A DNA stretch of 59,763 nucleotides from assembly GCA_026396575.1 (NCBI GenBank), contig JAPLWM010000005.1, positions 1-59,763 of the forward strand. Direction: 5' to 3'. The position numbers and the translations under genes are program-made. Numbering within the stretch: the first letter of the stretch is position 1; every line of letters starts with the position of its first letter. Below the pieces are notes generated by a model. It saw only the letters and a list, made by a program, of their open reading frames with translations. It made no database searches and had not been told where the DNA came from. This document shows positions 18,403 to 28,243 of this stretch, in pieces. The DNA is from Candidatus Komeilibacteria bacterium (GTDB lineage: Bacteria; Patescibacteriota; Patescibacteriia; UBA1558; UBA10009).

Positions 18403-21400
18403 GGCGGCAACGTCAATGTCAATGTCAATGAAAACGGCGGCGGGGGAGGCGGCGGCTTTGAACAAAATATTTTCAGAGTGACCGGCATTCAGCCGAGCGG
18501 CCAACTAAGAATCAGGAATGTGGTGGTTCAGGTTTCTTTTAATAAGGAAATCAATCAAGAATTAATCAATCAGGACGGGACTTTAACCAATCAGCAGGGG
18601 ATTTTAGTGGAAAGGCCCGATGCTAACGGCCAATATCAAAGTGTCCAGGGCGTTTTTGCCATTGCTCCCAATAATCAGAGAAGGGTGATCTTTACGCCGG
18701 CGGATAATTGTCCGGAGCCGCACCGGGACTTGCATTGTTTTGCCTACGACGCCGATAACAATAATTTAAACAGTTATCGCGTGACCGTTGTTTCCGACCC
18801 GGCAACTTCCTTAAAAAGCGTTGGCGGCTTGGCGGTTACTTGCCAGGATAACAGCTGCCAGGGCCAATTTATCGTTGGGCCTAATCTTGATTTGGAAAAT
18901 CCGCGGGTTCATTTGGTTGAAGCCATTAATCGGGCCGGTGATCACTTGGCCTTGCGGAACGGTTTGGTTTTATCAATTGATGAATTGTATCAATTATTGG
19001 CTGCCGCCACCGATGACGGCGGCATAACCGGCGTGGATTTTTACGTGGCCGGCCGGCTCTTGGATTCCGCTATTCCACAAGGCGCGCCGCCGCTGGAATT
19101 TTCCGCGTCTGCCAGCTGGCCGACTGTTGATTTGCAACCGCAAACTTTTGAGCTTTCCGCCCGCGCTTATGACATTGCTTTCAGGGAATCCGCTTTAGAC
19201 ACGGTAAGCGTGGTCATCAGGCCGGCCCATTGCTTTAACGGCCAGTTGGATAATAATTTAGGCGAAACGAATATTGATTGCGGCGGCGAATGTGGCGCTT
19301 GCGGCGGCGAACTCTGCGGCAATGTTGTGGCCGAGCAATGCCAGCAGCCGAATAATCAGGCTTGCGCTTCGGGCGTTTGCGATAATCAAAGCTGCCGCTG
19401 CGCCGACTTGCCGCAAATTAGGGAAATGAGCCCGGACAATGCCGCGCCAGGCAATTGGGTAACCATTTTTGGCCAGCATTTTGGCGCTATTAAGGGTACT
19501 GTAAAGGTAGGCGGGCGCGAGGCCGCCGTGGTGGCTGAGCTTAATAATTGCCAAGGCACCTGGCAGGATGACCAGATTGTTATTGAACTGCCCGCTGGCT
19601 TGGAACAGGGCAACCGGCAGGCCCAGGTTATTACCGCCCAGTCATTGGCCAGTAATTTTACCGATTTTTTGGTTAACGACGTTTCCCGTCCGGCTATTTG
19701 CTTTATGTTCCCGCGTGAAGGCGGGCAGGATCAAGGTTTTGGCATTATCGGCAAAAGATTCGGCGATCAAAACGCCACTCGAGATGTTTACTTTGGTTCG
19801 CCGCAAAACGCCATTTCCGCCACTAATCAAACTTGGTTAAGCGTTGCTAATCGGGAAATAGCCAATTCCAAGGTGCCTAATTTAACGGCTGGCCAAACTT
19901 TGGTTAGAATTAAAGTTAACGGCCAGGACAGCAACGCTTTAAATTTCAAGGTTTTGCCTTCGGCTAATCAGCAAATGGCGATTTCGGATTTTAGTCCCAA
20001 GAGCGGGCCGGTGGGCCAATATGTTTATATTTACGGCCATGGTTTTGGCAGCTATCAAGCCAACCAGAGCCGGGTTAAATTTTCCACCGATGTTTTAGGC
20101 AGCTTTGATTTTCCGGCCGAATGCTTGGCTGATAACGGTTTTTGGAACGATACCAGGATTATCGTAAAAGTGCCGGCTGGCAGCATTACCGGGCCCATTA
20201 CCGTTGTTAATCAAAACGGCCAGACCGCTGTTTCGGCCGGTAATTTTAATTTTCAGGAAAACGCCGCTTTAACGCCCGGCTTATGCAGTTTGCATCCGCA
20301 AGAAGGCGCCATTGGTTCAACTTTTGATGTGGCCGGCGAATATTTTACCAATGCCAATCTTTATTTAGGGAATTTGCGCATCCAAGCATCGCCCGATAAT
20401 GAAGGCAAGCATTTTACCGGCGTGGCTGTGCCCGAGGGCGCCGTTTCCGGACCAATGACAGTTAAAAAAGGAGAGGCCATAAGCAATGCTTTGGATTTTG
20501 CTGTCACCGGCGGCCAGGCGCCCGGCCATAATCAAGTAAGCGATTATTACCAGTGGCAATTCACTACCTGTGCCAATTGCTTGGTACCACAAGTGGTGGA
20601 AAACGGCAGCTGCCAAGCGGCCATGGCTTCGCCTTCGCCTTTAAAAAACAGCCAGAATAATTTTAGCGATGCCGTAATCTCCGTCACTTTTAATACAACG
20701 ATGAAACAGGAATTATTCCAGCTTGGCCAAACCGCGGTTATTAAAGCCTGCGGCCAAGCTGATCAGCCCGCCGCTTGCCAGGCCGTAAATTTAAACGGCA
20801 ATTTTACTTTTGGCGAGGCCGGCGCTAACCAGCAATTTTTTACCTTAACCTTAGCCAGCCCTTTAAGCCAAAATACCTGGTATCAAATAACTTTGCAGGA
20901 TTTAAGAAGCGCCGTGGAAAATTTACCCATGAACGGCCCTTACAGCTGGCAATTTAAAACCAGAGCCGATAATAACCGCTGTGTTATTTCCCGGGTTCAG
21001 GTTAATCCGGCCGAGCGCACCGTTGCCGCCGATAATCCATTAATGCTCGGCCAAAGATTACGATATCAATCAGCCGGTTTAAACGGAGAAAATTGCAATG
21101 TTTGCCCCGGTAATTTCAATTGGACATGGAGCTCTTCGGACCAGAGCAATGCGGCTATTGATCAAACTTCCAAAGTTAGTTCCAGTTGGTTGGAGGCCAA
21201 GCATCTTACCAGTCAGACGGCGCAAATTACCGCGGCTGCCACTATTTTAGGCCAGCAAAAAAGCGGCACAGCCGATCTGGATATCGTGCCTTTTGATCCC
21301 GGAGCCATTAAAGGGCAAGCGATTATTACTTATCAGCCAACCGGAGACAATGTTTGCACCAATGCGCTGGCGCAAGTGCAGTTCAATCTGCCTTTAAGCG

Positions 21401-24400
21401 TTGATTCAATTTCCGAGGCAAATTTTGAAATCTTAAAATATAATGCCGATTGCCCCAACGGCTGTTCGGTGGCCGCTCATTTATTCAGCAATCAAGACCG
21501 CAATATCGTTAATCTGCAGCCGCTTGATAATCAAGGGCGGTTTAACGGCCAAGCAAATTACGGCATCAAAGTCCATGGCGGAGCCGGCGGGGTAAAAACC
21601 GCCAGCGGAGAAATTTTAAGCGAAGCCGGCTGTGCCCAAGGGTTAACTTGGGCAGGGGGAGCGTGCAGCTGGCAATTTACTACCCAAGCAAACGCTTGCG
21701 CCGTAAAAACCATCCAAGTTTATCCAACAGCGGCTTCCATTAACATAGGCGATAAGCAGGGCTGGCAAGCCACAGCCGTGGCGGAAAACAATCAGCCCTT
21801 ATCGGATGAAATCCAAAATTGGCATTCGCTGAATTCGGACGTGGCCGATGCGGCCGTTGTTCAAGGAAATAGCCATTTGGCTATTTCCACCGGTTTAAGC
21901 GAAGGGACGGCTAAAATAGCTGCCGGCATTGATCAAACCAGCGGCAGCGCCGAGCTAGAAGTTAAAAAAGTTCCCCAGGGCCCGCAGGTTTTAAGCAGCC
22001 AGCCGGTCGGCGATAATGTTTGCCGCAACGCTTTGATTCAAATTAATTTTGACCAGGTAATTGATCCTCAAACTATAGCCACCAGTACTTTAAAAGTTCA
22101 ATATATTTCCACCGAGGCCAAGCCGGGCTGCGAGGAAATAATCGCCAAAGCGTCCTCTTTTAATCAGTCGTTATTATCTAAAACTTTAATCGGCCGCCTG
22201 GTTAATTGGCTGGCGGGCAACTTGGCCGGTTCTTTAATTAAATCGGTTAGCGCCGCGGATTTAACTAAAACTTATTTTTGCCCGTTGGCCGGCGATTGGG
22301 CCAGGGATATTTCCCAGGGCATGAGCCAATTGAAGTTTGTTTTAAAACAAGCCTTGCCGCCTATTTCCGATATCAAGGTTACGGTTAAAGGGGGAGCAGA
22401 CGGCGTTAAAGCCGATAACTTGCCGCTTAATGGCAATAATTTAAACGGCGCAGGCGATTTTGTTTATACTTTTAAAACCCGGGGTGATGTTTGCACATTA
22501 AGCACGGTTACCCTGATGGCCGATCCTTTGAATAATAAAAAGGACTGGACTTTTACCACCAGCTTTGATAATCCGACTGATAATTCCGGCAATAAGTTTG
22601 ATTCCATTAATGATGCGGATAAAAAATTTACCGCCTCCGGCTTTAGCGCCACGGGCGAGAGTTTAATTTCCATTCCCGGAGTTTATGAATGGGCTTGGAG
22701 CTGGAATAGCGCCGATCAAACCATTGCCCAGGTGCAAACTCCGTGGGATAATTTTGCGGTTACCCGCGCCCAGAATAAAAACGGCCAGACCGATATTACG
22801 GTTATTGCCGGTTTTCCGGATTGGTACCAGCAGCCGGCTTTGGCAGCTTCGGCTTTGGCCAAGGTTGATATTTGCGAAAACCGCTGGAATCCAGTTGGCG
22901 ATCGCAATCCAGATTATCGGTTTATTGACCAGGATTTTAACTTTTCTTTAAGCTATTGCCGCGATTTCGGGGCTGCCGGGCAAGCCGATGATTTGCCGGC
23001 TTTGGAAATGCCTCTGCCGGTTAACCAACGCGAGGTTAGAAATGTTAATGGGGGATCGGCAATCGATACCTTGTTGAGAGAATATTTATTGCCCGTGCCC
23101 ACTACCGGCGATGTTATCGGCATTAGAATTTATTCCAATCTTACCCATCTTTCGCCCACCGAATGGTATCAATCAAATATCAAGGTAAAGGGCCAGCCCA
23201 TTGCCGCCACGGTTGACGGCTATCAAGCCATTCAGGACGGCCGGACAACTTACGTGGCGGCGGCTAATGCAGTGCCACAAGAATTGGCGTTAAATAGCGT
23301 TTCCCCGTCATGGCTCGGGCAACTCTGGCATAAATTATTAAGCTATTTCAACCATTCAGCCATTGCTAAAGTTTTGGCCTCCACTATTAATATTAACCTT
23401 AATTTGAATCAAAATACCAATAGTTCCACCAACACTAATTCTTCCGCTAATACCAATTCCTCTACCAATAATAATACCAATACCAATCCTAATTTAAACC
23501 TTAATCAAAATACCAATAGTTCCACCAACACTAATTCCTCTACCAATAATAACAATAATTCTAATTCCAACGGCAACTCTAATGTCAATAATAGTAGTAA
23601 TACTTTCGTTAATACCGATGCTAATGGCAATAATAATGCCAACACTTTTTATAACAATGTTAATTTTAACAATTTAGTTAATCAAACGCCCCAGGAAAAT
23701 CAACTGCAATATAATTTTAACGCCGGTAATTATCGCTTGGTTAACACTCAATATAAAGCCCAGCGCATTCAATCGGGTTATACCAATATCTATCTTTTTT
23801 CCTATAACCAAAATGCCGATCCTAAAACCCAAGAACTGTTAAAGCGGTTAATGGAAAAATGGCAGTTTAACGTTAATATCGATAATCCGGCGCTTAAAGC
23901 CAAGCTGCAGCATGATGTTATTCGGCTGGCCGATTTAAACAGGATGAGCCGAAGCTTGGACAGTTATCAATCCAGCCATAACGGCCAATATCCCAGATTA
24001 CTGGCCGGCAGCTTTATTTCGGGCATGACTACCAGCAAATGGCCTTCCTGGAATCAGGGTTTGGGCAGTGCCTTGGGCATTGGCTTGCCCAATGATCCGA
24101 TTAACAAGTTCAATGCCTGTATTGAGTGCCAAGAGCCCCAGCTGTTAAATCCCGGTTTTGAAGCCGGCCAAGCCAATTGGCATTTGGAAGAACCTGGGAA
24201 AATATATGATAATTATAATGTGGAAAATACCATCACCCCGCAGTTTATCAAGGCTGGCAGCGAATCGTTGCATTTTAACGTTAATGGAGCCGATAGCGGC
24301 ATTTCCCAGCTGATCAGCCTGCAAACCAGCACCACTTACGAAATGAGCGCCTGGGTTTATATCAATTCTGGCCGGGTTGATTTAACTTTCTGGGGCGATG

Positions 24401-25347
24401 ATTACGGCAATGAGTGGATCAGTCCGCCCGACCACCAGGGCTGGTATTTATTAAAGAACCGCTTAGTGACCAATCCTGATCGCCGGAGCAGGCCTAATAC
24501 TCCGGAAAACGGCCAGTGGATCCGTTCTTATGGCGGAGCGGCGGATTTTTACGTGGACGAAGTAACCATAGCCACGGCCGGCGGCAATTGCGGTTATGAC
24601 AAAGAAACCTGTTGGAATCCGCAAATCAACAACGGCCAGGGATCTTTTGCCTGCGACGGCGATTCTTATTTTTATTCCTATCAAACTTTAGGCCCGAGCA
24701 ATTATTCTTTATCGGCTAAAATGGAAACTACGGCCGATTGGCGTCCAGCTGAAACTTTGGATCGGCATTTAAATTTAAGTACCGATTTGGTGAAGGGCTG
24801 TACAAAAGAAGTTTTTGGCGCTTATTGCGGCGATGGCCAGGTTCAAGGCGGGGAACTGTGCGAACCGGGCATGTCTAAAAATTTATGCAACGCCGCTTTT
24901 CCTTGGTACGCGCCGGTTAATTCAAGCTGCCAAGCCGCGGGATCGGCTAATCAATGCCAGTGGTTTAATCCTTTAACCGACGTCACTAACGACTGCAATG
25001 GCAAAAGCAATGCTCAATGTTGCGGCGGCTATTGCGGCGACGGCATTTTAAACACCGTGGCCGGCGGTTACCGTTTAAGCGTTAACGAGCAATGCGACGC
25101 TTCAGTTAAAGGCGCTGAAGATGGTTTTTCCAATGGCCACATCAATGGCAGTTCTCAAACTAATCAGTATGCCTGCAGCGCGGGCTGCCGGGATATCGGC
25201 GGCTGGTGCGGCGACGGTTTGGTGGAAGAACAGTATGGCGAAGAGTGCGATGGCAGCGCCATCAATTGGGTTTGCGATGATAATGACACTCCAGAATGTA
25301 ATGGTTGTAAGGTTACTTGTCCTAATGGCGGCGGCCATCACAAGTAA
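18031..25347 (+). CDS. Giant (2438 aa) pilin-anchored surface protein with Ig/IPT-TIG repeats, Asn-rich linker, pilin-like helix, CBM-like domain and Cys-rich repeats
   Basis: Same N-terminal VirB2-like module; IPT motifs (P.SGPVGQYVYIYGHGFG); NPGFEAG CBM-like start; CGDG..E.CD repeats. Confidence 0.8.
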   Translation: MNLKPKTKIIFLALLVLALGILIVPQFVSAQASLGLENAGSTGLGTRDLKDLITLIVRIFLGFLGLIAVSLILYGGFTWMTAAGEAEKIEKAKKILINAVIGLVIILSAYGIVMFVVSKFGGATGGNVNVNVNENGGGGGGGFEQNIFRVTGIQPSGQLRIRNVVVQVSFNKEINQELINQDGTLTNQQGILVERPDANGQYQSVQGVFAIAPNNQRRVIFTPADNCPEPHRDLHCFAYDADNNNLNSYRVTVVSDPATSLKSVGGLAVTCQDNSCQGQFIVGPNLDLENPRVHLVEAINRAGDHLALRNGLVLSIDELYQLLAAATDDGGITGVDFYVAGRLLDSAIPQGAPPLEFSASASWPTVDLQPQTFELSARAYDIAFRESALDTVSVVIRPAHCFNGQLDNNLGETNIDCGGECGACGGELCGNVVAEQCQQPNNQACASGVCDNQSCRCADLPQIREMSPDNAAPGNWVTIFGQHFGAIKGTVKVGGREAAVVAELNNCQGTWQDDQIVIELPAGLEQGNRQAQVITAQSLASNFTDFLVNDVSRPAICFMFPREGGQDQGFGIIGKRFGDQNATRDVYFGSPQNAISATNQTWLSVANREIANSKVPNLTAGQTLVRIKVNGQDSNALNFKVLPSANQQMAISDFSPKSGPVGQYVYIYGHGFGSYQANQSRVKFSTDVLGSFDFPAECLADNGFWNDTRIIVKVPAGSITGPITVVNQNGQTAVSAGNFNFQENAALTPGLCSLHPQEGAIGSTFDVAGEYFTNANLYLGNLRIQASPDNEGKHFTGVAVPEGAVSGPMTVKKGEAISNALDFAVTGGQAPGHNQVSDYYQWQFTTCANCLVPQVVENGSCQAAMASPSPLKNSQNNFSDAVISVTFNTTMKQELFQLGQTAVIKACGQADQPAACQAVNLNGNFTFGEAGANQQFFTLTLASPLSQNTWYQITLQDLRSAVENLPMNGPYSWQFKTRADNNRCVISRVQVNPAERTVAADNPLMLGQRLRYQSAGLNGENCNVCPGNFNWTWSSSDQSNAAIDQTSKVSSSWLEAKHLTSQTAQITAAATILGQQKSGTADLDIVPFDPGAIKGQAIITYQPTGDNVCTNALAQVQFNLPLSVDSISEANFEILKYNADCPNGCSVAAHLFSNQDRNIVNLQPLDNQGRFNGQANYGIKVHGGAGGVKTASGEILSEAGCAQGLTWAGGACSWQFTTQANACAVKTIQVYPTAASINIGDKQGWQATAVAENNQPLSDEIQNWHSLNSDVADAAVVQGNSHLAISTGLSEGTAKIAAGIDQTSGSAELEVKKVPQGPQVLSSQPVGDNVCRNALIQINFDQVIDPQTIATSTLKVQYISTEAKPGCEEIIAKASSFNQSLLSKTLIGRLVNWLAGNLAGSLIKSVSAADLTKTYFCPLAGDWARDISQGMSQLKFVLKQALPPISDIKVTVKGGADGVKADNLPLNGNNLNGAGDFVYTFKTRGDVCTLSTVTLMADPLNNKKDWTFTTSFDNPTDNSGNKFDSINDADKKFTASGFSATGESLISIPGVYEWAWSWNSADQTIAQVQTPWDNFAVTRAQNKNGQTDITVIAGFPDWYQQPALAASALAKVDICENRWNPVGDRNPDYRFIDQDFNFSLSYCRDFGAAGQADDLPALEMPLPVNQREVRNVNGGSAIDTLLREYLLPVPTTGDVIGIRIYSNLTHLSPTEWYQSNIKVKGQPIAATVDGYQAIQDGRTTYVAAANAVPQELALNSVSPSWLGQLWHKLLSYFNHSAIAKVLASTININLNLNQNTNSSTNTNSSANTNSSTNNNTNTNPNLNLNQNTNSSTNTNSSTNNNNNSNSNGNSNVNNSSNTFVNTDANGNNNANTFYNNVNFNNLVNQTPQENQLQYNFNAGNYRLVNTQYKAQRIQSGYTNIYLFSYNQNADPKTQELLKRLMEKWQFNVNIDNPALKAKLQHDVIRLADLNRMSRSLDSYQSSHNGQYPRLLAGSFISGMTTSKWPSWNQGLGSALGIGLPNDPINKFNACIECQEPQLLNPGFEAGQANWHLEEPGKIYDNYNVENTITPQFIKAGSESLHFNVNGADSGISQLISLQTSTTYEMSAWVYINSGRVDLTFWGDDYGNEWISPPDHQGWYLLKNRLVTNPDRRSRPNTPENGQWIRSYGGAADFYVDEVTIATAGGNCGYDKETCWNPQINNGQGSFACDGDSYFYSYQTLGPSNYSLSAKMETTADWRPAETLDRHLNLSTDLVKGCTKEVFGAYCGDGQVQGGELCEPGMSKNLCNAAFPWYAPVNSSCQAAGSANQCQWFNPLTDVTNDCNGKSNAQCCGGYCGDGILNTVAGGYRLSVNEQCDASVKGAEDGFSNGHINGSSQTNQYACSAGCRDIGGWCGDGLVEEQYGEECDGSAINWVCDDNDTPECNGCKVTCPNGGGHHK
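23385..23720 (+). repeat. Asn/Thr/Ser low-complexity tract with a 35-bp direct repeat
   Basis: aatcaaaataccaatagttccaccaacactaattc at 23407-23441 and 23503-23537. Confidence 0.85.
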
Positions 25348-25396
25348 GATCTCGCTAAGTTGTATATTTTAATATATAATTAAATAGTAATTTTAA

Positions 25397-25428
25397 ATTT
25401 TTCCCAAAGGGATCCCTTCGGGAAAATT
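25397..25428. other. Intergenic hairpin
   Basis: aattttccc-aaagggatccctt-cgggaaaatt dyad. Confidence 0.5.
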
Positions 25429-25441
25429 AAACATTATCCGT

Positions 25442-26362
25442 ATGTTTGACCAAAATCCCAATAATCAATCAGGCGTTGGTTTTAGCGGCAATCCGCCGGT
25501 AAGCCCCAAAGTCGGCCGCGATTTGCCCGGCACAGAAGATATTTTTGCCGATACCGACCAAACGGCCGCTGCTCCCAAATTCGTGGGGTCTGCTCCAGCC
25601 GTGGCTGAACCGGTGGTTATGCCCGAGCTTGGCCGAGCCGGCAGTTTGCCGCCCGAGTTAAAAATAAGGCCGAAAATGGCCGATATCAGCTCAAATATCG
25701 GGCCGGTTGAACCGCTGTCCAAATTGCCCGACGATTTGGAAGAGCGCCCAGGCGGCCATAAATTTTTAGGAATCGGCGTGGCTATTGCCGTGGTGGTTTT
25801 GGGCGTCGGCGGTTATTTTGCTTACAGTGAATTTTTTGCTTCTTCAACGCTTAAAGCGCCCACCCTTAATTTAAACATTTTAACTCCCGGCGAGCTTAAT
25901 CAAAAATACCAAGGCGAAGTGGCTAATCTTAATTTAGCCGGTAATGCCAACCAAAATGCCAATGTTAATGTTAATGATAATGCCAATGCCGGCACTACCA
26001 CTGTTGAATTTCCTTGTCCGCAGCCGGCGCCCACGGCTCCGGATTTTTGTTCTGACGGTAAAATTGTTTCCGGCGGAGTTGACGAGCATGGCTGCCAGCT
26101 GGCGCCAACATGCCAAAGAGCCGATACCGCTTTGGACAGCGACGGCGACGGTTTGACTAACGTTGAAGAACAGGCCTTAGGCACTAATCCTAATAGCGCG
26201 GACAGCGATAACGACGGTTTGTCCGATCGGGAAGAGGTTAAGGTTTATAAAACCGATCCTTTAAATCCCGATACTGATAGCGACGGTTATTTGGACGGCG
26301 CCGAAGTTAAGGCCGGTTATAACCCTAACGGTACGGGCAAATTATTGCCTTCAAATTTTTAA
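25442..26362 (+). CDS. Single-TM protein with bacterial TSP3-like Ca-binding repeats
   Basis: TM, N-x-N tract, 4-Cys module, DSDGDGLTN.EE..LGTNP repeats. Confidence 0.8.
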   Translation: MFDQNPNNQSGVGFSGNPPVSPKVGRDLPGTEDIFADTDQTAAAPKFVGSAPAVAEPVVMPELGRAGSLPPELKIRPKMADISSNIGPVEPLSKLPDDLEERPGGHKFLGIGVAIAVVVLGVGGYFAYSEFFASSTLKAPTLNLNILTPGELNQKYQGEVANLNLAGNANQNANVNVNDNANAGTTTVEFPCPQPAPTAPDFCSDGKIVSGGVDEHGCQLAPTCQRADTALDSDGDGLTNVEEQALGTNPNSADSDNDGLSDREEVKVYKTDPLNPDTDSDGYLDGAEVKAGYNPNGTGKLLPSNF

Positions 26363-26370
26363 TTTTTATC

Positions 26371-27696
26371 ATGTTTACTCCGCCAAATAATAATCCAGCC
26401 GATAATTCGGGCAATGATCAGCAACCTAACCAGGCGGCTGATTTGCCTTTTAACGAAGAGTCGGTGCCCGAAGAAGACATTCATACCATGCCTGATAAGT
26501 TTTTACAGCCGAGTTCTTCCGCTGCGCCGGGGCGCGGCCGGGTTAATTGGCTCATTTTAGGGATCGTGATTTTTTTGGCTTTAGGCGGGGTGATTGTTAC
26601 TGTTATTTTGTTTTTAGGCCGCTCCCAAGCGCCGGCAGCGGTGGTTTTGCCGCCAGCCAATCAAACTCAATTAAATGCCAATGCCGCTACGACTACGAAT
26701 GATAATCTTAACTTAAACGGCAATCTTAATCAGAACGCCAATATCAACTTGGATTCGGCCGCGGCCCGCGATGCCCGGCGTTTGTCCGATCTAGCCGGTT
26801 TGGCTAGCGCTTTAAATTTATACTTTGCCACTTATCAGATATTTCCCAGCTCATTGAATAATTTGGTCAGTGAATTTTTAAACGAACTGCCTTTAAATCC
26901 GGCCACCGGCACTGCGCCGGCCGTTTATAATTATCAGCCGGGCGAGGGTCAGCAAAGCTATCAAATTGCTTTTAGTTTGGAAAACGGCGGCAATTGGGGG
27001 ATTGTTAAGCTGCCGGCTGGCAATTATTATTTAACGCCTATCGGCGTTGCGCCGCAAAGTTTAGGCGGCAATAACAATAATAATACCAATGCCAATATTT
27101 CTTCAACCGCTACGCCGCCCATCATTTCCAGCGTACCTGGCAAAGGCTTGGATAGCGATAATGACGGTTTAAGCGATATTGAAGAAAATCTCTATCGCAC
27201 CAACCCCGCTCTGGCCGATACCGATAATGACGGCTATGCCGATGCGGCGGAAATTTTAGGCCTTTACGACCCCTTAAAGCCAAATGCCCGTTTAATGGCT
27301 TCCGGCTTAATTAAAGTTTACCAAAATCCCAATTACCATTACTCCTTGTTTTATCCGGCTGCTTGGTCGTATCGGGCTTTGGGCGCGGATAACAGCGAAG
27401 TTATTTTTACCGCCACCACCGGCGAATTTATAAAAGTCGGCGTGGTGGCTAATCCCCTAAGCTTATCGGCGGTAAATTGGTATTTGGCGCAGAATAAAAC
27501 CGCGGACCCCGCTACTTTAAAAAAAGTCACCGTGGCCGATTTTCCGGCTATCCAGTCGCCGGACGGCTTAATTGCCTATTTGGCCGCTGGTTCCAATATT
27601 TACACCATTGCTTACGATATCGGCAGCCAGCAGCAAATGAATTTTTATACCACCTATCAGTTGTTTTTAAAGAGTTTCATCTTTGTTAACCCCTGA
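26371..27696 (+). CDS. Single-TM protein with pilin-like helix, TSP3-like repeats and a C-terminal domain
   Basis: ARDARRLSDL..LASALNLY, DSDNDGLSDIEE, YQNPNYHYSLFYPAAW (PsbP-like start). Confidence 0.75.
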   Translation: MFTPPNNNPADNSGNDQQPNQAADLPFNEESVPEEDIHTMPDKFLQPSSSAAPGRGRVNWLILGIVIFLALGGVIVTVILFLGRSQAPAAVVLPPANQTQLNANAATTTNDNLNLNGNLNQNANINLDSAAARDARRLSDLAGLASALNLYFATYQIFPSSLNNLVSEFLNELPLNPATGTAPAVYNYQPGEGQQSYQIAFSLENGGNWGIVKLPAGNYYLTPIGVAPQSLGGNNNNNTNANISSTATPPIISSVPGKGLDSDNDGLSDIEENLYRTNPALADTDNDGYADAAEILGLYDPLKPNARLMASGLIKVYQNPNYHYSLFYPAAWSYRALGADNSEVIFTATTGEFIKVGVVANPLSLSAVNWYLAQNKTADPATLKKVTVADFPAIQSPDGLIAYLAAGSNIYTIAYDIGSQQQMNFYTTYQLFLKSFIFVNP

Positions 27697-27698
27697 TT

Positions 27699-28109
27699 AT
27701 GGTTAAAGTTGAGGTAAATTTTGCAGTTAAAGTGCCTGCGGTTACTCGGGCACTTTTTGAAAAATTAGCCGGGGTTACGGCGAGTACTCTAAAGGTAAAA
27801 GCCGACTATAATTTATCGGTCGCTTTGGTCAGTCCGGCTGCCATTAAAAAGCTCAATCAAAAGTATCGCCTTAAAAATAAAGCCACCGATGTTTTATCGT
27901 TTGATGACGTGGCGGAAATTATTATTTGCCCCTACCAAGCCGCGGCCAATGCCAAAAAGTTCAGGCATTCGGTTAAAAGGGAAGTGGCGTTTCTGTTCGT
28001 TCACGGCTTTTTGCATCTTTTGGGTCATAACGATCAAACGGCTGGGGCGGCTTTAAAAATGAAAGAGCTGGGAGATAAAATTTTAATCAAATTTGGCTTA
28101 CCCAAGTGA
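27699..28109 (+). CDS. ybeY: rRNA maturation RNase YbeY
   Basis: ATDVLSF, HGFLHLLGH. Confidence 0.92.
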   Translation: MVKVEVNFAVKVPAVTRALFEKLAGVTASTLKVKADYNLSVALVSPAAIKKLNQKYRLKNKATDVLSFDDVAEIIICPYQAAANAKKFRHSVKREVAFLFVHGFLHLLGHNDQTAGAALKMKELGDKILIKFGLPK

Positions 28110-28243
28110 ACACTTTTTTTGTTCTAAGTGTGGAAAAGTTTTTTTCTTGCCTTTCTAGCAGTTTTTCATTATAATTAAGGGCAGCTAATCAAGAAAATCG
28201 ATTTTAGATAAACTTTAAACAGTTATCATTTTTTAATATCTCC

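Noticed and set aside
23385-23720. CRISPR array or DGR TR in the AAT/AAC-rich tract
   Set aside because: In-frame low-complexity coding sequence, no regular repeat-spacer period and no matching VR. No CRISPR array or cas gene was seen in the window.
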